NCBI GenBank assembly: GCA_012799695.1
Contig: JAAZKT010000001.1
Coordinates: 17,658 to 81,657 of the forward strand
Source of the DNA: Clostridiaceae bacterium
GTDB taxonomy: Bacteria; Bacillota; Clostridia; Saccharofermentanales; DTU023
Reading direction: 5' to 3'
Length of the DNA: 64,000 bases
The position numbers and the translations under genes are program-made. This document shows positions 53,384 to 63,179 of the stretch, piece by piece. The stretch's first letter is position 1, and each line of letters opens with the position of its first letter. Under the pieces are notes generated by a model. That model searched no databases. It was not told where the DNA came from and saw nothing but the letters and a program-made list of their open reading frames with translations.

Positions 53384-54403
53384 TTGACGAGCACAGTGAG
53401 AACAGGAGAACTAGCGATACACATGGCGAGATATTGCTTTTACTGCGGACGTGAACTGGAAGAGAACGAAAAATGCCGTTGCCGCGAGCGCTCATTCGCC
53501 TCGAGCAAAAGTTTCACGTCAACTGCTTCACAGCAAACCGCCTCGCCGGGCGGAAACACCGCCCCGCCACCCGACCGCTCACAAACTTCGCAACAGACAC
53601 AAAGCGAAAGTCGGACAACAGCAAACACTTCCGGTCGCGGCGAGCGTACCGCTCGTCCTTCATGGTCTGAACGGCGCGCTGATAATCGCGCTCGAAAAGA
53701 AGCAAAACGACAGGCAAAGGCTCGTCAGGCACAGCAACAGAGCCAATATTCATACAGCACACCACCTTACCAACAGAACACTGCACAGCGGAGGCGCGCA
53801 ACCCGTAACAACGTTCTCTCGGGGTTCGTTCGATTTTTTGCGACCCCGGCACTTCACATGACTCAATCATTGTCGACCGCATGGACGCTGTCCCACGCCG
53901 TCTGGCTTTCGACCGCCGTTCTTCTTTCAGGCATGCACTATCTAAGTTTGAATCGCTTTTTATCAGTCGTTCAGACACCGAATGCTTCGCTGAAACCTAG
54001 CTTGCAGTACGTGGCATTTTCATGGTTGACCGGTATCGTAGTAGTCGCAATCGTTATCCTTCTCTTTACGTTGATCATGTGGATCATTGCACGTTACTTT
54101 TTTCGTCAACGCACACTGCCTTTCCAACACACGTTGGCAGTAGGCAAAGTTGCTTGGCAGTATCTGGTCCTGTTCTTCGCACTCTCACTGCCTTCCATCT
54201 TCTCGGGCAATTCTCTCTTCGGCATCGTCCTTGCCCTCATGGGAATTGTATTCAGCGCGATGATTCATGCGCGACAGGTGGCGTCGTTGACACACCTAGA
54301 CGACAACCGCAAATGGCAGTTCATTTACCTTTCAATCATCATGTTCGCAGGCGTTTTCTCAACCATTGCGACGTTATCGAGATTTATCTCTATTCTTCGC
54401 TAA
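53384..54403 (+). CDS. Zn-ribbon membrane protein with a Q/S/R-rich low-complexity linker (hypothetical)
   Basis: YCFYCGRELEENEKCRC lies at the N-terminus; the likely true start is ATG 53423 (MARYCFYCG). A linker of about 110 low-complexity residues follows, then 4-5 TM segments. Confidence 0.6.
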   Translation: MTSTVRTGELAIHMARYCFYCGRELEENEKCRCRERSFASSKSFTSTASQQTASPGGNTAPPPDRSQTSQQTQSESRTTANTSGRGERTARPSWSERRADNRARKEAKRQAKARQAQQQSQYSYSTPPYQQNTAQRRRATRNNVLSGFVRFFATPALHMTQSLSTAWTLSHAVWLSTAVLLSGMHYLSLNRFLSVVQTPNASLKPSLQYVAFSWLTGIVVVAIVILLFTLIMWIIARYFFRQRTLPFQHTLAVGKVAWQYLVLFFALSLPSIFSGNSLFGIVLALMGIVFSAMIHARQVASLTHLDDNRKWQFIYLSIIMFAGVFSTIATLSRFISILR

Positions 54404-54533
54404 ACGTCATGTTCGAATAATGAGAAAGGTTGAATCGTCCAACGATTTATCGTTCAACTTCACCTAGGCTTCCTTGTCATGTGCACAGTTACCCTCACCA
54501 CTTGCGGTTCCTTGCGCGCAGACGCTTCACCGT

Positions 54534-54563
54534 TTGACCTCCTTTGTGAATTACTGGTATAAA
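54534..54563 (+). promoter_or_regulatory. Putative promoter of the ABC exporter pair
   Basis: TTGACC (54534..54539), 18 nt, then TATAAA (54558..54563) preceded by TGg, 45 nt upstream of the ATG at 54608. Confidence 0.4.
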
Positions 54564-54607
54564 GTGATGGCAAATATGAGATAACGAGGGGACGAAATCC
54601 GAATCAT

Positions 54608-56545
54608 ATGCTTAAAAACCTGAAAAGACAATTTCAGTGGCTCATAGATAAGTATTCAAAAGAATATCTGATTGCTACCGTCATGATTACGCTATCATAC
54701 GGAATTGCTGTCGCGCCGCCTTGGTTTGCCGGCTTTATTGCCGACCGAATTATCGCCGATGAACTGACGATTACATCGCTTCTTGTCTACGTCGCGATGC
54801 TTCTCGTTTTAACGGCATTGTATTACGTGACCGGTTTTCTTTGGTCGTACTATCTCATCAAAGCGTTTGATGTCTCCGAGTTGGTTGCGCGCCAAAAGAC
54901 GATCAAGAAGATACTCAATCAGAATGCCCCGTTCTTTCTGACACACTCGACCGGGAGCCTGATGGGAAAATCGACGAACGATGTCAGTTCCATAGGCGAG
55001 ATGGCATCCTTTGGCATCATGCTCCTTTTTGACGCGACTCTATATCAAATTTCAATTATCTGCATCATGGCGATCAGCGGGTCGTGGCTACTGACGCTGC
55101 TCACGGTACTCCCATATCCGCTCCTGATTCTCTCCTCGAAGCTGATAGGCAAAAAACTATACCACGAATACGATCTGGCTCAACAGGCATTCGACGAGAT
55201 GAATGACCGCGTACTCGAGAACGTTCAAGGCGTTCGCGTCGTGAGGGCGTTTGTCTTGGAAGAACAGGAGATGGAAACCTTCGAGGGACGCGCGGATCAG
55301 CTCTATCGGCAGAACCTTAAAGTCGCAAGACTCGATGCCCTGTTTGTGCCCGCTTCACGCTTTGTACAGGGAACCTCTTTTGTCATTGCGATGATCCTCG
55401 GAGCCAATCTGGTCAAAACGGGCGCCATCACGATCGGCCAGTTGATGACGCATGTATTCTATCTCGGCATGCTCTCATGGCCGATGATTGCGATGGGCGA
55501 GTTTATCAACACCTCGCAATCGGGTTCCGCCTCGATGGAGCGCATTCAAGAGATCTGGGACTGGCGTGAAGAAATTTCAGATCCTCCGGACGCCATCATC
55601 TGCGAAGAAATCGGCGACATCACATTCGACCGCTTCTCCTTTTCTTGGCCAGGAGAAAAAAAGCCGATCCTCGAAGACATCTCTTTTACCGTCAAACAAG
55701 GAATGACGCTCGGCGTTGTCGGACGCGTCGGATCGGGTAAAACGGCTCTTCTCAAACAGATTCTTCGGTTTTATCCGCAGGAGGGCGATCTCACTTCAAC
55801 TGTTCAAGATTGTGCTTTGCCGGCTCCGGCGGAAAGACTGCGTCTGAACGATCTCCCCATCCGACTCTACGACAGAAGGAGCATACGCAGACGAATCGGA
55901 TACGTCCCACAAGAAAGCACGTTGTTCTCATTGACTGTGCTGGAAAACATCCTTCTCGGGGCCGACCTCAACCGTGAGGGTTGGCCTCTCAGTGAGGAGG
56001 AGCAGACCTCTGAACAAGCTTTCTGGAAGAAAAGCTACCGTGAAATCGTCAAAACAGTCGAAGGCCGGAAGAACAAAAAGGGCGAACCTCTCCCCATCCC
56101 GCAAGAGACACTTGACCGAGCCATCGCCACGGCCGACTTCGAGAAAGACATCGAGTTTTTGCCTGAAGGACTTGATACATTGACAGGTGAACAGGGCATT
56201 GCGCTTTCGGGTGGTCAGAAACAACGCATCTCCATCGCTCGCGCCCTGCTCGCCAATCCTGAAGTCCTCATCCTCGACGATTGCCTCTCTGCAGTCGATG
56301 CCATCACGGAGAAAAATGTCCTCGCCGCGCTCGCCCGTGAACGTGCCGGTAAAACGACGCTCGTGAGTTCGCACAGACTCTCAGCCATTCGTGACGCCGA
56401 TTTAATCATTGTTCTCGAGAACGGTTGTATCGTAGCGCGCGGAACACATGAAGAGTTGATGGCAGCCGGCGGCTGGTACCGCGAACAGTACGAGAAGCAA
56501 CAACTGGAAGAGACGACATTATGGAGAAAGGAGGTGCGCTCATGA
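54608..56545 (+). CDS. ABC exporter, fused permease/ATPase, degenerate-site half of a heterodimer
   Basis: It has a six-TM type I exporter domain, Walker A GRVGSGKT and signature LSGGQKQR. Walker B is followed by Asp rather than Glu (LILDDCLSAVD). The protein is 645 aa and carries extra sequence in the NBD. Confidence 0.85.
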   Translation: MLKNLKRQFQWLIDKYSKEYLIATVMITLSYGIAVAPPWFAGFIADRIIADELTITSLLVYVAMLLVLTALYYVTGFLWSYYLIKAFDVSELVARQKTIKKILNQNAPFFLTHSTGSLMGKSTNDVSSIGEMASFGIMLLFDATLYQISIICIMAISGSWLLTLLTVLPYPLLILSSKLIGKKLYHEYDLAQQAFDEMNDRVLENVQGVRVVRAFVLEEQEMETFEGRADQLYRQNLKVARLDALFVPASRFVQGTSFVIAMILGANLVKTGAITIGQLMTHVFYLGMLSWPMIAMGEFINTSQSGSASMERIQEIWDWREEISDPPDAIICEEIGDITFDRFSFSWPGEKKPILEDISFTVKQGMTLGVVGRVGSGKTALLKQILRFYPQEGDLTSTVQDCALPAPAERLRLNDLPIRLYDRRSIRRRIGYVPQESTLFSLTVLENILLGADLNREGWPLSEEEQTSEQAFWKKSYREIVKTVEGRKNKKGEPLPIPQETLDRAIATADFEKDIEFLPEGLDTLTGEQGIALSGGQKQRISIARALLANPEVLILDDCLSAVDAITEKNVLAALARERAGKTTLVSSHRLSAIRDADLIIVLENGCIVARGTHEELMAAGGWYREQYEKQQLEETTLWRKEVRS

Positions 56546-58320
56546 CAAACACGAATCACCCTGAGAACAATACGAAGTCGAAAGCAAGTTTTCTCCGCCT
56601 GTTCGGATATGCCAAATACGCACTCCGCCCTCTTATCGGCGGGCTCCTTCTCACCATCTTGACGGTTGGACTCGATCTTGCCGGTCCCTATTTGCTCTCA
56701 CGCATTCTCGACGGAGAAATCATCGTGGGCGTTGGCGCACGCGATTACATGACATTTATCTGGATCATCGTGCTCTACGCTTTATCCGTACTTCTCTCGC
56801 TCGCGACGCGCTATGCGGGAAGCATCGCCAACCAGACGGCATCCAACCGTATTTCCGTCGTGATGCAACGACAAGTGATGCGTCACGTACAGAACATGCC
56901 TGTCTCATACTTCGATACATTGGCGGCGGGAACGGTCGTCTCGCGCATCACCAACGATACGAAAGCCGTTCGAGTATTCTTCAATACCGTTCTCTCGCAA
57001 CTCCTGATGGCAGGTGTCTTCGCCCTAGGCATTTTGTTCGGTTTGCTGTCGGTTGACTGGCGTCTGTTCCTCATCGCATCGCTCTCGTTCCCAATTCTCT
57101 TCTTCATGTTTCGCGATTTCAAGAGGAAGTCGCTTCGGTACAGTCGCAATGCCAGAAGAGGAATCAGTCGGCTTAATGCCGGTATGAACGAATACATTCA
57201 AGGCATCGAAGTCATCCAGTCATTTAATCGCGAACGCTCGATGTATGCCGCTTACAGTGAAATAAACGACGATGTCTTCCGCAACGGACTTGGAATGACG
57301 CGTCTGCATTCTTACAGCGGTTACAATGCCACGGAATCACTCAACTACTTGATGCTCTCCTTCGCACTTCTCTATTTCGGCATCGGCAACATCCTCGAAA
57401 TCAGTATCGTGCCGATTGGTCATCTTTATCTCTTTATTGATTACATGATTCGCTTTTTCACGCAGATGAATCGCGCCATGCAGCATTTGGGGAATTTGGA
57501 GCGCGCGCGAGGTGCGGCGGATCACATCTTTGAACTGCTCGACCGCGAAGCACTATCCGATACGGGCGAAATCATCGAACATGTAGACGGAGATGTGTCG
57601 TTCGAGCATGTCACCTTTGCTTACAAACAAGATGAGATCGTCCTCCGCGATGTCAGTTTCAATGTCCCACAAGGCGTCACCGCAGCCTTTGTCGGACAGA
57701 CAGGCGCAGGCAAATCGACTGTGATGAACCTCATATTTTCGTTTTACCAACCCGATGAAGGGCGAATTCTCATCGATGGGAAAGACTTGACAACGCTAAA
57801 CAAAAAGTCGGTTCGCAGCCACATGGCGATCGTGACGCAGGAACCTTTCCTGTTCACAGGGACTGTCGAATCGAACATCACGCTCAATCGACCTTGGATC
57901 AGCTCTGAGGATGCCCGACAGGCACTTATCGAAGTCGGCGGCGGCGCTTTCCTCGCGCGTCTCGGCAAAGGAATGCAAACACCGGTACGCGAGCGTGGCA
58001 GTGAATTCTCCGCCGGAGAGCGACAACTGATTTCCTTTGCACGGGCACTCGCGCAAAATCCCACTATTCTCATCCTCGACGAAGCGACCTCTCATATCGA
58101 TACTGAAACGGAAGCGATTATACAGCACGGCATTGAGCGTCTGTCAAAAGGCAGGACGACCTTGATCATCGCCCACCGACTTTCAACGATTCGCCATGCG
58201 AATAAAATCTATGTGCTTGATCAGGGTGAGATCGTCGAAAAGGGTTCACATGCTCAGCTAATGGAGAAAAACGGCATTTTTGCGCATATGGTTGAAACAC
58301 AAACTCGTCTGGCGCGATAA
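56542..58320 (+). CDS. ABC exporter, fused permease/ATPase, consensus-site half of a heterodimer
   Basis: The ATG at 56542 overlaps the upstream stop (ATGA), with GGAGG at 56529. Walker A is GQTGAGKST, the signature is FSAGERQL, Walker B is LILDEATSHID and the H-loop is IAHRLST. Confidence 0.9.
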   Translation: MTNTNHPENNTKSKASFLRLFGYAKYALRPLIGGLLLTILTVGLDLAGPYLLSRILDGEIIVGVGARDYMTFIWIIVLYALSVLLSLATRYAGSIANQTASNRISVVMQRQVMRHVQNMPVSYFDTLAAGTVVSRITNDTKAVRVFFNTVLSQLLMAGVFALGILFGLLSVDWRLFLIASLSFPILFFMFRDFKRKSLRYSRNARRGISRLNAGMNEYIQGIEVIQSFNRERSMYAAYSEINDDVFRNGLGMTRLHSYSGYNATESLNYLMLSFALLYFGIGNILEISIVPIGHLYLFIDYMIRFFTQMNRAMQHLGNLERARGAADHIFELLDREALSDTGEIIEHVDGDVSFEHVTFAYKQDEIVLRDVSFNVPQGVTAAFVGQTGAGKSTVMNLIFSFYQPDEGRILIDGKDLTTLNKKSVRSHMAIVTQEPFLFTGTVESNITLNRPWISSEDARQALIEVGGGAFLARLGKGMQTPVRERGSEFSAGERQLISFARALAQNPTILILDEATSHIDTETEAIIQHGIERLSKGRTTLIIAHRLSTIRHANKIYVLDQGEIVEKGSHAQLMEKNGIFAHMVETQTRLAR

Positions 58321-58389
58321 TGAGAGCGAGCATGACCGCCTCATTCGCCGGACACGACAAGCGGTACGAACGAAGTCACGACAGATAGA

Positions 58390-58896
58390 ATGAGAAATGA
58401 CATGGACGAGCAGAATCAGCATTCAAATGATTCAAATACAAAAACAAGTCGCGACAAGTTGAAGCCTCTCGTCGTGCTCGCACTCTTCCTTCTCCTGATT
58501 GCGGAGTTGTTAGGCTCGTCATGCTTCATTTCCTCGATATTCGGAATCCCTTGTGCAGGATGCGGAAGCACGCGCGCCGTAAAACTCTTGCTTCATGGAA
58601 AAATCTTGGACGCATTGCGCATGCACCCGCTCATTTTTATCACGTTGCTTTTGCTCGTAGTGATCCCGACCTTTACGATCGCACGCTTTGTCGCAAAAAA
58701 AAGAGGTAAGCAGCTCCATTCACCTCTTTCACCGCGTGCGACCGAGATTATCTTTTTCTCGCTTGCCGCGCTCTATTTAATTGTCTACGTCATCCGGATG
58801 ATTCTGCTCTTCCCGCACACGGAACCCATGCTCTACAACGAAAACTCCGTGTGGGGAAAGCTTATCGCACTCATACGACAAGTCTTCTCCCACTAA
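58390..58896 (+). CDS. DUF2752-like membrane protein
   Basis: GIPCAGCGSTRA (a CxxCGxTRA motif) follows the first TM segment, with 3-4 TM segments in total. Confidence 0.6.
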   Translation: MRNDMDEQNQHSNDSNTKTSRDKLKPLVVLALFLLLIAELLGSSCFISSIFGIPCAGCGSTRAVKLLLHGKILDALRMHPLIFITLLLLVVIPTFTIARFVAKKRGKQLHSPLSPRATEIIFFSLAALYLIVYVIRMILLFPHTEPMLYNENSVWGKLIALIRQVFSH

Positions 58897-59003
58897 GCAA
58901 ATACGAGACGAACTGCTATTTGAGCACAACGGGCGACGCCGCGCAGTGGTGCCGCCCGTTCAAAACTGATTCTTCAATTAGTCGGACTGACCGCTGTGAA
59001 TGA

Positions 59004-59612
59004 TTAGTAACGGCCTTCGTAGAGAGCGTTCAGACGCGACTGCACATCATACATCATGACAAACCCACCAACTCCGAGGAAGATGGTAAGCAGTAGCCAC
59101 GTCAGGAACTTTTTCGACGAGATAATGCCTCTCCTGCGATCAATCTCGACGAGCGCATCATCGACCTGTGACCATAGTATGAGTGTGAAAATACCGCACA
59201 ACAGTCCGTAGAAAGTATACTGCGGCTTCGTTGCCTCGTACCCCAGCACGTTGTTCATCTCTTTTGAAACCGAGTAGATCCAAATAAGTGAGTAAATACC
59301 ACAAGTAATGATGCTCAGGAGAATGACCATTCCGGGTGAGCGAACCTCACCGCGAAAACCTGTCAACGGCATACCACCCTGCGGGGGTCCATACGGCGGC
59401 TGTTGATATGGCGGGGCCTGCTGATACGGGGGCTGTTGGTACTGCGGAGCCTGCTGATACCCTTGGTTGGGCGGTGCTTGATCAGCGTGCATGTAAGGTT
59501 GCCCTTGCGCCGGCTGCCCGTACCCTGGAGATGCGGCGGGCATACGCGCTCCACATGTCGTGCAGAACACGGCATTGTCGGGAACGGGATGTCCATTTGG
59601 ACAAGTTCTCAT
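59004..59612 (-). CDS. Zn-ribbon / Pro-Gln-rich / DUF4234-like membrane protein
   Basis: The N-terminus reads CPNGHPVPDNAVFCTTCG. A YQQ(A/P)P repeat tract is encoded by tandem roughly 15-nt units around 59395..59470. The C-terminal TM pair has the CGIYSLIWIY pattern. Confidence 0.6.
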   Translation of the reverse strand: MRTCPNGHPVPDNAVFCTTCGARMPAASPGYGQPAQGQPYMHADQAPPNQGYQQAPQYQQPPYQQAPPYQQPPYGPPQGGMPLTGFRGEVRSPGMVILLSIITCGIYSLIWIYSVSKEMNNVLGYEATKPQYTFYGLLCGIFTLILWSQVDDALVEIDRRRGIISSKKFLTWLLLTIFLGVGGFVMMYDVQSRLNALYEGRY

Positions 59613-59824
59613 ATTCAGTTACCTCTTTTCATCGTTGGATACGAAACAGATTCCACTGCATTTGACATCGCCTGCAGCTTTCTCATCTGCTGAATCAACA
59701 TTAAATGAAACTGAGGATTAATTCAAGTGAGACAGGGGGCTTGACGCGCCTATTTTTATCAGGAATTCGCAACCTATGATAAAATGGCGTTACTGAATTC
59801 CTATATTAACGGAAAACCGGATTT

Positions 59825-62302
59825 ATGAACGAGCGAGACCAAAGACAAAAGCGCGATACAAGAGAGGAGAACCGACCGCAGTACGCCGGCGGTCGTGCGC
59901 CGCGCAGAAACGCTACTTCTGAGACGTTGAGCCGAAACACGCAAGTCGTCAAGCGTACCGTGCCGTCACCAAAGCCGAGTAGCCGTAGCGATAATACGCG
60001 GTTCGTTCAAAGACCTGCATCGAAAGTTCGAAACACGTCCATTCTCCCTGCTTCCATTCGCCAAAGCAGAAAATTCAAAAAAAGTAAACGTGAGTTGCGC
60101 AAACGCACTGTCGGACGCCCCACACGAAGCATATCGGTCGTATCGGTTCCGGCAGCGCTATGGTCGGGTGTCCGCAAGGGACTCTTATTCGTATTGGTTA
60201 TTCTCCTAGCGACGATTGCCTTTATAGGCGGATCGGGATTAGGCATGCTGTCCGGTTATGTTTCGACGGCTCAACCCCTTGAAATTGTCGACATCAGAAA
60301 GACGTACGACGCAACGTACATATACGATCGCTACGGGCAGCAGGCTGCTATCCTTACAGGTTCTCAGAATATCCTTCGTGAGTATGTGCCTATTTCGGTT
60401 GTCAAACCGACTTATCTCGATGAAGCTTTTATCGCGATCGAGGACGAACGCTTCGAGACACATAGCGGAATCGATCCGAAACGCATTGCGAACGCAATAG
60501 GCAATGTATTCCTCACATTAGGTGGTGACACGCACGGCGCGTCGACGATCACGCAACAAGTCGTCAAAATGATGTCAGGCGAAAATGAACGCTCCGCCCA
60601 ACGAAAAATTCAGGAATGGGAGCGGGCAACTGAGCTTGAAAAAAATCTCTCCAAAGACGAGATTATGGAACTGTTCGTCAACATGGTGCCCATGGGTAAC
60701 CGATATGTCGGCGTCCAGTCAGCCGCGAAAGCATACTTCGGGAAAGACATTTCAAAACTTGACTTGGCTGAATGCGCCTTCCTCGCAGGTATTCCTAATC
60801 TACCCTCTATCTATAATCCGGCAACAGAGTACGGAAGGCGCAATGCGTTACGGCGTATGCGTATAACACTGGCGAAGATGCTCGAGATCGGCAAAATTAC
60901 TGAAGACGAGTACCAGGAAGCGCTCAATCGCGAGCTCGACTTCCGTGCGCTTGACGAGACTTCAGGTTCGGGACAGATCAACTCCTATTTCGTCGATGCC
61001 GTGATCAACGAAGTCATCGATCAATTGATGAAACAGCGCGGGTACTCACGCCGGCTTGCTCACACGGCCGTTTTCCAACACGGATTGACGATCGAGACGA
61101 CACTCGATCCCGAGATCCAGCGCATGGCGGAAGCGAGCTTCAAGAAAAAAGAGCTGTTCTCCGTTAATTATGATAAACTCCCCGATATGCCCCAGATGCC
61201 GGAAGCCGGCATAACCGTCATCTCGAATGACCCCTCCTCTCTTGGACAGATCGTCGCGATGGTCGGCGGATTCGGTGAAAAGAAAACAAATCTCGGCTTC
61301 AATCGCGCCACACAGGCGTACAGACAACCCGGGTCATCCATCAAGCCGATCCTTGACTACGGTCCCGCCATGGATATGGGCATCATTACCGCCGCAACCA
61401 TTTTGATGGATGAGCCTAAATATCTAGACCCGCAAAATCCCGAAAAGGAATGGCCGGTAAACCACAGCCGCAGACACTACGGTCCTGTCACCGTTCGCTG
61501 GGCGCTTCGCAACTCGCTGAACACGACGGCTGTCGAAGTCTACGCAAACATGCTTACGCCGATGGTCGGATTGTCCTACCTGAAACGGATGGGGATCGAT
61601 CGGATGAACGAACCTCAACCGGCAGGGGCGCTTGGCGGTTTCGCAAAGGGCATGACAACGGTTGAAATGGCGGGTGCCTTCTCTGCTTTTGCAAGTCGCG
61701 GCCTCTTCACAAAACCTTACCTGTTCACACGCGTCCTCGATGCAGAAGGTAATGTTCTTCTCGAGCACAAGCCGGAGTTTGATCAAGTGTTCTCGACGGA
61801 GACGGCGGACATCATGACGAACTTGCTTGTCGACACATTGGAAAACGCCAACTGGATCGGTCCGTACGCAAAGCTCGGGAGACAAAAAGCAGCAGGAAAA
61901 ACAGGTACATCCGATGAACGCGTTGATCGCTGGTTCGCCGGATATACTCCGTATTACACCGCAGCCGTCTGGTATGGGTTCGACAACGCCTACGGAAGAC
62001 GTACGGAGATTAATGAGACCGATACGCGTTGTCCTATTCTGATCTGGAAAGATGTCATGCTCCAGATCCATGAGAATTTGCCTGTCAAGCCTTTTGCTAT
62101 GTCGGATAATGTAGTCTCGCGCACTGTTTGTGCCGAATCCGGTCAATTGCCGACTGAGTACTGCACAAGAACCTCCAGAGAATTTTTCGACTCCTTGAAA
62201 GGCAATGCGCCCAGTATGCCTTGTCCGCTACACGCGACACCTCCGGAAACGGAGGCACCGGATGTTACTGATCCCGGCCCGGACGTAGAAGTTGGAGATT
62301 GA
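59825..62302 (+). CDS. Class A penicillin-binding protein (PBP1A-type; glycosyltransferase GT51 plus transpeptidase)
   Basis: GT51 motifs are EDERFETHSGID and GASTITQQ. The transpeptidase motifs are SSIKP (SxxK), RNSLN (SxN) and KTGT. The N-terminus is basic and cytoplasmic, followed by a TM anchor. Confidence 0.9.
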   Translation: MNERDQRQKRDTREENRPQYAGGRAPRRNATSETLSRNTQVVKRTVPSPKPSSRSDNTRFVQRPASKVRNTSILPASIRQSRKFKKSKRELRKRTVGRPTRSISVVSVPAALWSGVRKGLLFVLVILLATIAFIGGSGLGMLSGYVSTAQPLEIVDIRKTYDATYIYDRYGQQAAILTGSQNILREYVPISVVKPTYLDEAFIAIEDERFETHSGIDPKRIANAIGNVFLTLGGDTHGASTITQQVVKMMSGENERSAQRKIQEWERATELEKNLSKDEIMELFVNMVPMGNRYVGVQSAAKAYFGKDISKLDLAECAFLAGIPNLPSIYNPATEYGRRNALRRMRITLAKMLEIGKITEDEYQEALNRELDFRALDETSGSGQINSYFVDAVINEVIDQLMKQRGYSRRLAHTAVFQHGLTIETTLDPEIQRMAEASFKKKELFSVNYDKLPDMPQMPEAGITVISNDPSSLGQIVAMVGGFGEKKTNLGFNRATQAYRQPGSSIKPILDYGPAMDMGIITAATILMDEPKYLDPQNPEKEWPVNHSRRHYGPVTVRWALRNSLNTTAVEVYANMLTPMVGLSYLKRMGIDRMNEPQPAGALGGFAKGMTTVEMAGAFSAFASRGLFTKPYLFTRVLDAEGNVLLEHKPEFDQVFSTETADIMTNLLVDTLENANWIGPYAKLGRQKAAGKTGTSDERVDRWFAGYTPYYTAAVWYGFDNAYGRRTEINETDTRCPILIWKDVMLQIHENLPVKPFAMSDNVVSRTVCAESGQLPTEYCTRTSREFFDSLKGNAPSMPCPLHATPPETEAPDVTDPGPDVEVGD

Positions 62303-62307
62303 TCACG

Positions 62308-63141
62308 ATGCTTGTAAAACCTGATTTTGCGCGCTATAAAACTGCAGCGGAAGCCATTCAGAAGAGAGTTTCCATCCAACCTGAAGTAGCCATCATTCTC
62401 GGTTCCTCATTGGGAGGCATCGCAGACTTAATGGAACATCGTACCGAGATCGATTACAGCGATGTTCCGGGCTTTCTCCTATCGACCAATCCATCACACG
62501 CCGGGAATTTCGTCTTCGGGCACCTCGGTCGGCGTCCCGCGGTCATCATGTCGGGGCGTTTTCATTTCTATGAGGGGTATTCTTATACGGAGCTCGCGGT
62601 TCCCGTCCGCGTCCTGTCGCTTCTCGGCGTCAAAACACTGATCGTCACGAACGCCGCTGGCGGCGTGAATCTCAACTATCGCGTCGGCGACATCATGGTG
62701 ATCTCGGACCATATCAAACTCGAAGGCGCAAGCCCGATGACGGGTCCCAATTTAGAAGAATTCGGCAGTCGCTTTTTCGATGTATCAACACTTTATACAC
62801 CTCGTCTGCGCCAATTGGCCTTTGAAGTAGCTTCAACCCTGGCACCGCCCCTCAAGTTACATGAAGGAGTCTACTACTATTGTCCCGGTCCACAATTTGA
62901 GACACCCGCCGAAATCCGTGCAATCCGTGTACTCGGAGGTGATGCCGTCGGTATGTCGACCGTCACGGAGACATTGACCGCCGGCCATGCGGGGATGGAG
63001 GTCTTGGGTTTCTCACTCATTACAAATATGGCGGCAGGCGTCTTCGATCAACCTCTCTCCGATGAGGAGGTCGGTGTCGTCGCACGCGCCTCGGCCGACA
63101 AACTCGGCGCACTGATTGAAGGCGTTCTTTTGCGCATGTAA
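62308..63141 (+). CDS. punA: Purine nucleoside phosphorylase (trimeric PNP family, PunA/DeoD-II type)
   Basis: Motifs are ILGSSLGG, GRFHFYEGY, VTNAAGGVN and GMSTVTE. The ATG is at 62308; a TTG at 62299 overlapping the PBP stop is an alternative start. Confidence 0.85.
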   Translation: MLVKPDFARYKTAAEAIQKRVSIQPEVAIILGSSLGGIADLMEHRTEIDYSDVPGFLLSTNPSHAGNFVFGHLGRRPAVIMSGRFHFYEGYSYTELAVPVRVLSLLGVKTLIVTNAAGGVNLNYRVGDIMVISDHIKLEGASPMTGPNLEEFGSRFFDVSTLYTPRLRQLAFEVASTLAPPLKLHEGVYYYCPGPQFETPAEIRAIRVLGGDAVGMSTVTETLTAGHAGMEVLGFSLITNMAAGVFDQPLSDEEVGVVARASADKLGALIEGVLLRM

Positions 63142-63179
63142 CACGTTTCGCATAACAAAATATTTTACGAAGGAAGGGA

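Noticed and set aside
53440-53978. Alternative-frame ORFs (62, 136, 65 and 154 aa) over the low-complexity part of the Zn-ribbon membrane protein gene.
   Set aside because: They are frames of a biased Q/S/R-rich tract. Only the annotated frame links a Zn ribbon to a TM domain.
61424-62146. A 240-aa minus-strand ORF.
   Set aside because: It is antisense to the transpeptidase domain of PBP1A, which carries SxxK, SxN and KTG. It has no independent support.
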